From positions 105,090,001 through 105,154,000 of the forward strand of contig OZ024743.1 of NCBI GenBank assembly GCA_964016885.1: a DNA stretch of 64,000 bases, read 5' to 3'. The notes beneath the pieces were generated by a model that did not search any database, was not told where the DNA came from, and saw nothing but the letters and a program-made list of their open reading frames with translations. Below, in pieces: positions 1 through 12,660 of this stretch (position 1 is the stretch's first letter; every line of letters starts with the position of its first letter). Both the position numbers and the translations under genes were made by a program. This DNA is from Eledone cirrhosa (taxonomy: Eukaryota).

Positions 1-1005
1 ACAACAGTAACAACAACAACAGTAACAACAACAACAGTAACAACAACAACAGTAACAACAACAACAGTAACAACAACAACAGTAACAACAACAGTAACAA
101 CAACAGTAACAACAACAACAGTAACACAACAGTAACAACAACAACAGTAACAACAACAACAGTAACAACAACAGTTACAACAACAGTAACACCAACAACA
201 GCAACAACAACAACAACAACAACAGTAACAACAACAACAGTAACAACAACGACAGTAACAACAACAGTAACAACAACAACAGTAACAACAACAACAGTAA
301 CAGTAACAACAACAGTAACAACAACAACAGTAACAACAACAGTAACAACAACAACAGTAACAACAACAACAGTAACAACAACAGTAACAACAACAACAGT
401 AACAACAACAACAACAACAGTAACAACAACAACAGTAACAACAACAACAGTAACAACAACAGTAACAACAACAACAACAGTAACAACAGTACCGAATGTT
501 GTTTTAATAATTACACAATTAACAGGTTATCTTTTAGTGGTTGTAATAGTAATAAATGTAGTAGTGGTAGTAATAGTAATAGCTTTAGTAGTAGTATTAG
601 TAGGAGTAGTAGTAGCAGTAGTAGTAGTATAGGGTGAGGAGGAAGGGGAGTAAGAATAGTTGTAGTAGTAGTAGTAATAGTAGTACTAATAGTAGTCGTA
701 GAAGTAACAACAGTAACAGTAACAACAACAGCAACAGTAACAATAACAGTAACAACAACAGTAACAACAGTAACAACAACAGCAACAGTAACTAGTAGTA
801 GTAGTAGTGGCTGTTGTAGTTGGTACTGTTGATGTCTCTTGTTACAGTTGTTGTTGTTTCTTGTTGTAATCTGTTGTTTTTATGGTTGTGGTTGTAGTAG
901 TAGTAGTAGTAGTAGTAGTAGTACTAGTAGTAGTAGTAGTAGTAGTAGCAGTAGTAGTAGTGGTAGTAGTGGTAGTAGTAGTAGTAGTGGTAGTAGTTGC
1001 TGTTG
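1..1005. repeat. Compound (AAC)n/(AGT)n microsatellite
   Basis: ACAACAACAGTA-type units at 1-487 and 705-790, with (TAG)n tracts at 560-700 and 890-1000. Confidence 0.95.
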
Positions 1006-1119
1006 TAACCGTTGTTTCTGTTCTCTCATTTATTTACTTATTTATTCATTTATCTACTTATTTATTTATTGCATTTGTAGCAACTCTAAACGACGTTATC
1101 AGTAATCGCCATTAATAAT

Positions 1120-1600
1120 CGTTTCTCATTTAGTCACAAGGCCAGCAATTTGGGGGGAGGGGAAAGTCGATTAAATTGACCCCAGTGCATTACTGGTCCT
1201 TAATTTTATCGACCCCATAAGGATGAAATGTAAAGCTAACCTCGGTGGGATTTGAACTCAGAACATAGAAAGTCGTGATTGAATTCCATAAAGCATTTTG
1301 TCCGACGTTCTACTAATTCTACCTACTACTAATAATAATTGTTTCAACTTTAGGCACAAGGCCAGCAATTTTGGGGGAGGGGAAAGTCGATTAAATTGCC
1401 CCCAGTACATGATTGATACTTTATTTTATCGACCCCTTAAGGATGAAAGGCAAAGTTGACCTCGGCGGGTTTTGAATACAGAACGTAAAGAGCCACACTA
1501 ATAATTATAGTTTTGAACATAGCCAACAAGGACCGCACTATTTTGGGGAAGGAGAAATCGTTTAAATCAACCCAGCATTTATCTGGTATTTTATCGACGA
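1120..1600 (-). mobile_element. Cluster of 2-3 truncated SINE family A copies
   Basis: Reverse complement of the family A body (gcacaaggccagcaattt...tcgacccc...ggatgaaaggcaaagttgacctcggcggg...tttgaactcag) at ~1120-1330 and ~1338-1495, plus a remnant to ~1600. Confidence 0.8.
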
Positions 1601-1869
1601 GCCTATGCGGCTATTATGAAATCCATCGATATATAATAGCCGAATCTGCCTCATAACACACCTTATCCTTTTGAATACCCTCGATACGCTATACGTAATT
1701 TCTAATACCTTTCTGTTGGCGAAGAATGTTTCTCGTGTTGTTTGTTGTCGTTTAACTCTCTAAGACAGGCATGTTTAAGCAAGCGTATGCTAATATGCGT
1801 TGAATCAATACATTGTCTTTGTTTCATGCATAGAACTCCATTAACTAATCTATTCAGCACTGACATTAA

Positions 1870-2285
1870 ATATACAACTCTACTATACATCTTCAATAGC
1901 CCAACTACAACAGATCTACAAGAGGCTTGCAACAGTCTACAGTAACTTTACTACAGCTCTACTAAAGCTCTACCACATTTCTAATATAACTCTATAACAG
2001 TTCTGCAACAATTCTACTACAGCTCTACAACTGCTCTAGTTCTACACCAGCTCTACACCAGATCTACAACTGCTCTACAACAACTATAAAACAGCTCTAC
2101 AACTCTACAACTGCTCTACACCAGCTCTACGACAGCTGTACAACACTACAACAGCTCTAAACCAGCTCTACAAAAACTCTACAACAAATCTAAAACAACT
2201 CTAAAATAGCTCTACAAATGCTGCGTGACAGCTCTACAACATTTATACAACCCTACAGGAGCTCTAAACAGCTACATTACTACAA
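1870..2285. repeat. Degenerate ~11 bp minisatellite (CTCTACAACAG-like)
   Basis: Recurring gctctaca/ctctacaac units. Confidence 0.8.
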
Positions 2286-2947
2286 CCAGTGCCAACAACG
2301 TCCTACTACCAGAGAAATGATATAAGCATTGCTGTGCTTTGACCAAATCCATTTTGTGTGATTCCGTTGTAGCCATACACAAAACCCAACGGGATACCGA
2401 AACAACATTCTTTGGAAAATGTTAGATGTTGTTAACAATGATCTAGCATACATATGGCATTCCAGCAGTAACCGTCTCATCTTTATAGGAGTTTCTAATG
2501 GTGGCGTAATGTGGTTCTTTTCTGAGAGTCTACTAGCTTACTGAGGCTACTATTCTGACAAGTGGAATCATACAGACATTAGTCTGCTACTATACAAAAT
2601 ATTATCAGTACAGCGAATTGGCAGAGAATAAAATACTTTTCGGCTTTCATTCCGTCTCTCTACGCTCACTGAGCTCAAACCCTGCCAAAGTCAACTTTGA
2701 CTGTTATCGATTCAAAATCGATAAAAATGTACCAGTCAAGTATTCAGATCAATTTTCCCTCTATATTTCATCCTCACTTCCTTTCTATATATATCTCTCT
2801 CTCTCCTCATTTGGAAAACATATCGCAGATAAAGGAGATGGGCTCCATGCATACTATAACTTGAAGCAGACTTAATCTGTGCTTTTCTCTGTGGATAAGT
2901 GGAGTTGAAAAAAAAATTACTAACAGATTACATTGTTACTATAAAAG

Positions 2948-3128
2948 GATTGGCAGTATAGGTAGAGAGTCGGACGCCATGCTTTCCAGCATAGTTACGT
3001 CTCTTTACGATCTGAGTTCAAATCCCGCCGAGGTTGACTTTGCCTTTCATCCTTACGGGGTCGATAAAATAAAGTACCAGTAATGTACTGGGTATTTGCT
3101 GGCCTTGTGCCAAATGTAGAAACAATTA
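2948..3128 (+). mobile_element. tRNA-headed SINE family A with target-site duplication
   Basis: Has an A-box-like tggcagtataggt, a B-box gagttcaaatccc and the conserved body gcctttcatccttacggggtcgataaaataaagtacc. Flanked by tgttactataaaagg (2934-2948) and tgttacaataaaagg (3129-3143). Related copies at ~2617-2740, 5090-5230, 11456-11655, 19203-19305, 23330-23530 (-) and 47263-47475 (-). Confidence 0.9.
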
Positions 3129-3570
3129 TGTTACAATAAAAGGCGCGTGGTGCAAAGGTTAGCCTGTTCGGCTCTCGATCGCAAAGCCATAAGATCGATT
3201 ATAGTCGGCGTGCTGCGTTCTTCACTTTATCTTCAGCACAATAATTTTCCAGCCGAAAGACTATTTGTATTTGATAATCTACAGCATTAAATTCGTATAG
3301 AGTCGCATTTCACCTTACTCCTCCTCCTATATATATATATATGAATGTGTGTGTATGGGCTATAAGAAAAGCTGAATGAATAAAGTAAAACTTGAAATAA
3401 GACTCATATTAAAACAGAGATCCATACAAAAAACACAAGAACAATATTACATGCTCGCCGTGCATATTCACAACCAAACATTTGAATCAAGCAAATGCAT
3501 GCATACATTGAAAAATATTTCTACGTGCGCGCACTCCCACACATATACACATATACGCATACAATACAAT

Positions 3571-4261
<691 letters not shown>

Positions 4262-4344
4262 AACACAAATTTTAGATACGATGAATGCTTTTACACACAA
4301 CTCATTTATAAAGGCATGCACACACGCATGCACATTGAAGCTTA

Positions 4345-4439
<95 letters not shown>

Positions 4440-5282
4440 ACAAACACACACTCAACTATACACAGAGATTTATCACTTTCAATTAGGTTTCAATTAGGCA
4501 GTAATGCGACTTTTGATTGATATTTTGTCCTTGGACAAGGCTTGCCTGTCAAGCAGAATCGATTATCTCCCTTGTTGTTGCTTATGTCACTGCTGTTGTT
4601 GCTTTCGCTTTACTTCTTAGTTCTTGTTGTCTCTTGTTGTCTTTATTTTTTTTTTCGTGAAGACAGCAATGGCAAGGTAGCCTTAATGATAATAATTATG
4701 ATGCTAATAATTATTATAATTTAGATGATGATGATGCTGATGATCCTAATGATGATGACATTGACGACATCGATGGTGATGATGGTGATGATGATGCTAA
4801 TGTTGACGCTGTTTGTGTTTATTGGCTTTGACATAACAATTCTTCCAAGATACCTTAACAGTAATTAATGTAGAAATATAAGAAAAATCTTACAAGCAAA
4901 GAAAGCTATAAAGTGGAAAATATATTTACGACAAATGTATCAATTTAACAGATTAAATTAGAGGAAATATTATGGAATTATAAACAAGCCATGTTCAGTT
5001 AATTAAATAAATTATGTCTTAACAAGGCTATAAAACCTGGGTGTTTACAGCGAACTTCACACTATTGCAATAATTCGGTTCCCTTCGGGTAGTTGATTGG
5101 CAAAATCTTTAGAGTGTTGGATAAATGCCAATCTGTATTGTCTTCGGCTGTTCACGTTCAAATCACGCCAAAGTCAACTTTACATTTTCATATTTTCGAG
5201 GTCGATAAAAAAAGTACGTCCAACCTGGAGTGAATTATTCTTCTATGTCTCTTTCACACTTTTTCTACCCGAAGTTCCTACC

Positions 5283-5391
<109 letters not shown>

Positions 5392-5457
5392 TCACACATA
5401 TATTTCTCTCTCTCTTTTTCCCACGCTCTCTCTCACTCTCTCTCTTTTTCCCACGCT

Positions 5458-5524
<67 letters not shown>

Positions 5525-5667
5525 TATAAAGAGGGAGAGAGATGAGGAGAGAGAGAGAGAGAGAGAGGGAGTTAGTGCCACAACAAATTAGCAAACATAC
5601 CTGAGAACACGATTTCACCCGAAGGATTCTTCAACTCGTGTATTGTTACAGTGAGAATGGACGTACT

Positions 5668-5794
<127 letters not shown>

Positions 5795-6231
5795 CCTTCT
5801 CTAGAAGAAATTGTGTTTTATTCAGATATATAGAGAGAGACGGTCTCTGCCAGATTTAAAATGCCGAAGGCAAGCCGTATGTGATGATGGCGCTCTTACG
5901 ACTCCTTGAAAAGTTAAGGGTCCATACACACGCACATACATTATATATTTAAAAAAGAAACTCACATTGGGTAATGTCATCATTGATTTATATAAAGGCA
6001 GTTTCATTACAGCTGGATCATCCCTTTAAGTAGGTCTGCCCGACTAAGGCTGAACTAAACTATACAGAAAAAAAAAAAAAAATATCAACAAAAATACGTA
6101 GAAAATACCTAGATCAAAAATTATTTTAATGATATAATGCATCGTGGGCATTCATTGAAGCTGACGGAACCCATGATTTCTCCAGGTCTGAATCTAATCG
6201 ATTTCTTCCGGAGAAGAGAGAGAGAGAGGGA

Positions 6232-6286
<55 letters not shown>

Positions 6287-6654
6287 AACTACAAGAAGCG
6301 AAAAAGAGATATTGATGAAAATCGACCCCCAAATAATTCATACGACTTTAAGGCCACGGGTTCGATTTCCCGCGGGGCGTCGTGATCTTGAGAAAGGGAC
6401 TTTATTTTATGTGATCCCAGTCCCATCAGCTGACACAAGTGAGACGTGGTGGAGATTCAAGAGACCAGTATCTTAATGCATTGCAACGCATTGAATCTCC
6501 CTGACAACTAATTTAATGGTATACGTATCTATGAAATGCACAGCGATTCGCAAGTTCATTTAACGAGCAAACAGTTCCGTCGTTCAAATAACTAGAACAC
6601 TGCTCGCCAGAATTGGCAAAGACCAACAACACCGCGTGTAGGTAAGCAGTGTTT

Positions 6655-6965
6655 GTTTTGTGAGCACTCTATTAGTGTAGTTAGCACTGTCATTGAAGTT
6701 CACACTGTAAATGTAGTTCACACTGTCAGTGTAGTTATGACTCTATTAGTGTAGTTAACACTGTCTGTGTAGTTAACACTGTCTGTGTAGTTAATACTGT
6801 CTGTGTAGTTAACACAGTTAGGGTATTTGACAATGTCTGTAGTTAACACTGTCTGTGTAATGTCAGTGTAGGTAACACTGTTAGTGTAGTTCACACTGTT
6901 AGTGTAGTTAACACTGTCTGTGTAGTTAACAGTTAGTGTAATTAGCTTTGTTAATTTAGTTAACA
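6655..6965. repeat. ~18 bp minisatellite (GTGTAGTTAACACTGTCT)
   Basis: Repeated gtgtagttaacactgt units. Confidence 0.85.
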
Positions 6966-7800
6966 CACTTGATGTGGTTAGCGTCATTTATGTTGACAGC
7001 TCTAATCGTGTGTTTATCAGCGTTTGTATGACAAGCTTTTATTGCGTGGTTAGCACTACTTCTATTGCGAGCTCTGTTTGTGTGCCCAACACTGCTTATG
7101 TAATTATGACAGCTTATTTGCCCAAGTAACATCTTGAATATTTCCTATGGTTTACAAGATTCTGTACTCTGTTTATGGAGATAATTATTTCATTTTACAA
7201 GAGAAAACGCCAAAGATAATACTAAATGTAATATTGATGGTGATGGCGATGATAATTGTGATGATGATGAAAGCATTGATGTTAATGCGTTACTTTATGC
7301 TAATTTTAAATTATTTGTAAAATATTTTGTTAAACTTCTATGAAGTGTCTGCTATGTTTTGTCATGTTGGTCATAGAATACATTTTTCATCTTCCATTTC
7401 ATTTGTGTGCAACATTGCCTATTGAGTGTATCGTGTGAAACACTGAACGGCAAACAAGAAAAGCCCAATAGATTGCTTCATCCTTTGTTCATCCTTTATT
7501 TTTTAAGTTTCGACGGATTGCAAAAGAAATTCTATTTTTTTTTCAGAAATAAAGAAAAATCCTTCCTAATTTCGTATTTAAATATTGTGGAATTCTGAAG
7601 AGTAAAAACAAAAGATAAAACACTCATAAAATGTATTCCATGGATACTAAGCATTGCTAAAAGACAGAAGACATGAAGGATGGCATGAAGATAGTTATAT
7701 ATTTTTGTCTAAATAACTAACTTTGTATCGAGTTGTTGCTTAACTAACCAACACTTAGGACAGTAGGGATGGATGAAACAAGTAAAATGTGACTCAAGTA

Positions 7801-8361
7801 CAGGGTGGTCCGAAAGTCTTGTCACCCCCTACCAAAAAATAATGAGAAACAGTTTATGTTCCCATCGCAGTATCGTCCTCCTCGGAGGAGCTGGTTTGTC
7901 GAATCTTGCAGTGAAATCATGTCACACATACTCCATGACCTTGCCAGAATGCACACGATCATCTGTCCATACACTTGCAAGCAGCCATTCTTCCAAACTG
8001 TAGGAGCTCTGAAAGGGTCGGATGCCATGCTTTCCAGAATAGTTACGTATATTTACAATCTGAGTTCAAATCCCGCTGAGGTTAACTTTGCCTTTCATCC
8101 TTATGGGGGTCGATAAAATAAAGTACCAGTAATGCACTGGGGTAATTGCTGGCCTTGTGCCAAAAAATAGAATTAATTGCTATTATATAAACCATTATAT
8201 ATTATAATTAATGATATTATATGTTATATTATTAAAACAAAAAATAATTGTTTCTACTTTAGGCACAAGGCCATCAATTACCCAGTGCATTACTGGTACA
8301 AAAAATAATGAAAGTTAAAACAATATGTGACAAAGGGTGACAAGACTTTCAGACCACCCTG
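7801..8361 (-). mobile_element. Internally deleted Tc1/mariner-superfamily element (MITE-like)
   Basis: 27 bp TIRs CAGGGTGGTCCGAAAGTCTTGTCACCC (7801-7827) and GGGTGACAAGACTTTCAGACCACCCTG (8335-8361), with TA on both sides. A minus-strand remnant at ~7850-8000 reads FTARFDKPAPPRRTILRWEHKLF, like the N-terminal HTH of mariner-type transposases. SINE A copies are nested at ~8017-8178 (+) and ~8245-8300 (-). Confidence 0.85.
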
Positions 8362-8662
8362 TATATTTATTGTTGCTAGTACAGTATATAAATGTTCAAA
8401 ATCTTGTTCCATGTTTACGTTTCTTAAATTTTACTTATCCTTTTATTCTTTTACTGGCTTCTGCCAATTTTAAGGGATTTAGTAGTTCATATCACCCCAG
8501 TACTGATGGTTCGAATCTCGTTCTTATTTTATCATTCCCGTATCCTATCGCTAATATACAAGACATAAACACACATACACAAACACGTGCGCGCGCACAC
8601 ACACACACACACACACATATTGCATATACATAAATATATATATGCAAATATAAATTTCTATG

Positions 8663-8711
<49 letters not shown>

Positions 8712-8834
8712 GAATATATAAACGAAGGGTTCTTACAGTTACTGTCTACCATATTTTACTTCCAAGATATTGGTCCACTTGGGGCTAGAGTAGAAGACGG
8801 TGGTTAACTCCCAGCTACTGCTGCTACAAAATTT

Positions 8835-8965
8835 CAGTTGAGTGTACTGGAGCAACGTAAAATTAAGTATTTTGCTCAAGAATTCAACGTGTTGTCCTGT
8901 CCAGGAACCAAAGCCACGACAGTACGATCGTAAGTCCAACACCCTAACCACTAAGCCACGCACCT
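8835..8965 (-). mobile_element. tRNA-headed SINE family B fragment
   Basis: Minus strand reads gcgtggcttagtggttagggtgttgg...ttgagcaaaatacttaattttacgttgctccagtacactcaactg, matching the head of the 24445-24710 copy. Confidence 0.7.
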
Positions 8966-10180
8966 TTAGTGCGTTGACTCACCTGTCTTTCATTTTACTA
9001 TTTATAATCTGGTTCACGAAAATGATGGGACTGAAGCGTAGTTTAAAGACATTTACGTGATTGGCGTAAGAAAGAAGAAAAGTTATGTATGTATGTATGT
9101 ATGTATGTATGTATGGGCTCCTAACACCCGATCGACTCATAGGGGCGTCGCAGTGACAAACGACGAGTCTTAGTAATTTTAAACCAGATGGAGCTCATCC
9201 CTTCTCCTGTTCTGAAGACAGCCGATTCCCTCCAGATAGGGAAAGTGATAGAAAGGAAGTGAGTATGAGATATAGAGGAAGGTTCGACTCCTGTATGGGA
9301 CTGAATTAGTACTATACCGTTCTCCCCATCTTCAAGTATTGCACAAAATTCATTATATTTATAAATTGGTCTATACCATCAACTTGTCCCATTAGTAATG
9401 GAGAGTTTATTAGCAGTGCCTCTGGAGACAGTTAAAGTGAGTACTCAATCGCTGAAATCCGGACACAAATAGATACTAGATCAGCAGTGACACTTCTCCC
9501 AAAGATGAACATTCTATTTGTTAAAATAGATAGATCAGCCATTTCGGGAATTTCGGGTAAATGACTGAGTAATCCACAGACACGTGTAATCTTGATATAA
9601 TTCTTAGGAATATAGAATGCGATACGCAATATGTGACAAAGCTGAACCTTTGAATTAGAAGTACAGTCGATACGGTGGACTTCAACACAGTTTGCGTCCA
9701 CCAAATTCCACTCACATGGAGCAAAATGCCACGTAACGGGGTTGAAACTGGGACTTAAATATGGAATACCAAACGTCTTAACCAATCTACCATGCTGCGT
9801 CCATACTAATATATACGGTGGCAGTTAAAAAACAGTAAGACAACAGCTGGTAACGAATCTTTCTGAAATATTCGACATTAAAAATAAAATTGTTCGTAGT
9901 TTGAACCTGCAATCTAATAATTGCAAAGTGAAATTCTTAACCAGACCGCCCTGCTGCGCCCACGAACTGCGGATTATCAGTTACTTCTCTCCATACCTGC
10001 TTTTATGTTATTACTTTTTGTCCTTCCAGCTAATAAACTAATCATTTTAAAGCCAGTTGATTGCCTGTCAGTCTTTCGCTTGCTAAACAGAGATTTATTT
10101 AGAAGCAAGTAGTAAATGTTGCTTTATGAATACTCAGCTGTTGCCCGGCTACTTTAGTTTCCTTACAGATATGTAGATCT

Positions 10181-10386
<206 letters not shown>

Positions 10387-11249
10387 TATATATATATATA
10401 TAAATACAATATTCGCATGCATATAAGCACACACACACATCTACACACACACATACACATGTACGTACACACACATATATATAAGCTAAAATAAAAAAAT
10501 CAAGTGCTGTCGATAAAAAGGGAACAACAACAGTAACGATAATGATTTCTTTATTAGCCACAAGGGCTTGCACATAGAATACAGTGAATATTATACACGT
10601 AGGAATTATAATAGATGTGGGGCGAGGCAGAGAAATTATATAAAAACTGAGATAAAGGCGACTACCATATCAATAACAGTAACAACAACAATAACGATAA
10701 TAAAAAAAAAGTATTTAAAATAATAACAAGAAAACAAATAATAACAAAAAAGAAAATGAAATAAATAAGGAGCAAAACAGAAAATATAAAATAAATTTAC
10801 AAGCCAAATAACAAACAAGCCCTCGAAATCTCAGTAAGCAATATGCTTTAGTTAACCACTCTCAGCATGTTTATAGTCAGTAATAATAAAATATATGTCT
10901 GGCTAAATTAAACGACAAAACGTCTGTTATAAGTTTCTGTTCTTAGATACAGTTTTGTTTACAGAAACAAAAGGACAAAGGGTATTGCTGTGATTGTTGT
11001 AGTTGGTAGTGGTGTTGTTGTTCTTGTTGGTGGACGTGTTAGCGGTGCATGTTGGTGGTAGTGTTATGGTGTTGGTAGTGGTAGTGGAGAGGATGTGACG
11101 GGAGAACATACATACATACAAACATACATGCATACAAACATACATACGTACGTACGTACATACGTACATACATACCCACACACACATATATATATATATA
11201 AAATAAAGTTAAATAAAAGTCAAATGATTAAAATTTAGCTTCGTTTATT

Positions 11250-11305
11250 ACTGCTATATATATTTCAGTGACAGCCATCTTTGGCTGTGACCTCTTCAGG
11301 CAGTT
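11250..11305 (-). ncRNA. Minimal type I hammerhead ribozyme (Penelope-type)
   Basis: Minus strand reads actgc CTGAAGA ggtcacagcca aaga tggctgtcact GAAA tatata TA gcagt aataaa. Stem I is actgc/gcagt, the core is intact and stem III is palindromic. Confidence 0.8.
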
Positions 11306-12340
11306 TGAATTAGTGTGGTATAGACAAGTACATATATTGTTGAGGTGTATAATAGTGTCAATACTCTGATATGCCCAGTTCCTTGTTGGGTTGATGATCT
11401 TTCAAAGAAACTAACCCCCAACCCCACCCCACCCTATCTTCCAAAATATATATATATTGGCAGTATCGGTAAAGCGTCGGACGCCATGCTTTGCAGCATA
11501 GAGTTACGGCCCTTTATGATCTGAGTTCAAATCCCGCTGAGGTTAACTTTCCTTTTCATCCTTACAGGGTCGATAAAATAAAGTACCAGTCACTCACTGG
11601 CGTCGATTTAATCGACTTTCCCCTCCCGCCAAATTGCTGGCCTTGAGCTTACGTAAGAAACCATTATATATATATATACATATACATATATATATATATA
11701 TATATGGATACATACATACATACATACATACATACATACATACATGCATGCATGAATACATAGACACATACATACGTACATACATACAGACATTCATTCA
11801 TACTCACAGCAGGTACTTACATACATACACGTATAGAACAAAACAAAAATATGCACATACACATATATTTATTGAACATTGATTTTAGGACAATTTGAGT
11901 TGAGTGGTGCATAAAGTTGGCTGGTACAGATTAAGATAGATTTTATTTTAAATATTTACAATCATTTGAAAATGGCATCCACACATGGATGGGTGATAGT
12001 AAGAGAGATAGTAATAGGGAGGGAGAGTGAGAGACTAAGAGAAGGAGAATGTGAGAAGGAGAAAGAAAGAAAGAGAAAGAGAATAAAACAGAAAGAAAGA
12101 GATAGATAGAGATAGATTGAGAGAGAGAGAGAGAGAAAGTGAGAAGAATGGAGTAAACCCCAGCCGATTGTCACTTGCAATTGAGTATGACTTGGTAGTA
12201 TATACTATATCTTCGTGAAGATTTTAGGATCCCATGCATTTGAGAGCAGACAGAGACACTCTTTCGATATCAACTCCCTCCACCCCTCACTTTATCCATT
12301 GGAACATTTAAGATTTATCAGCAGGATGGAGGAGAGAGAA

Positions 12341-12396
<56 letters not shown>

Positions 12397-12660
12397 AGAG
12401 AGCGAGAGAGAGAGATAGATAGATAGATAAATTTCTATTTATTTGCCACGAGGGCACAAAAGAAGGGGACAAATACACAGTGGGGGAGTTTACATAAATC
12501 GAGTAAAGAAAAAGGAATAACAATAATAATATAATAATAAAAAGTCCTCAAAAGGGAGGGGGCGTGTTCGGGATTGCACATACCCCCGAAAAGTGTGCAA
12601 CCCTTTTCGCGGGGGAAGCCCAGAGAGGAGGCGCTCCCCCTTTCCTCTTCACTTCTTCAC

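Noticed and set aside
2280-2560. Possible minus-strand exon(s) in a unique island
   Set aside because: Two alternative frames are partly open, but I found no convincing acceptor or recognisable protein.
2948-3035. tRNA genes at SINE heads
   Set aside because: A and B boxes are present, but there is no cloverleaf and each continues into a SINE body with a TSD.
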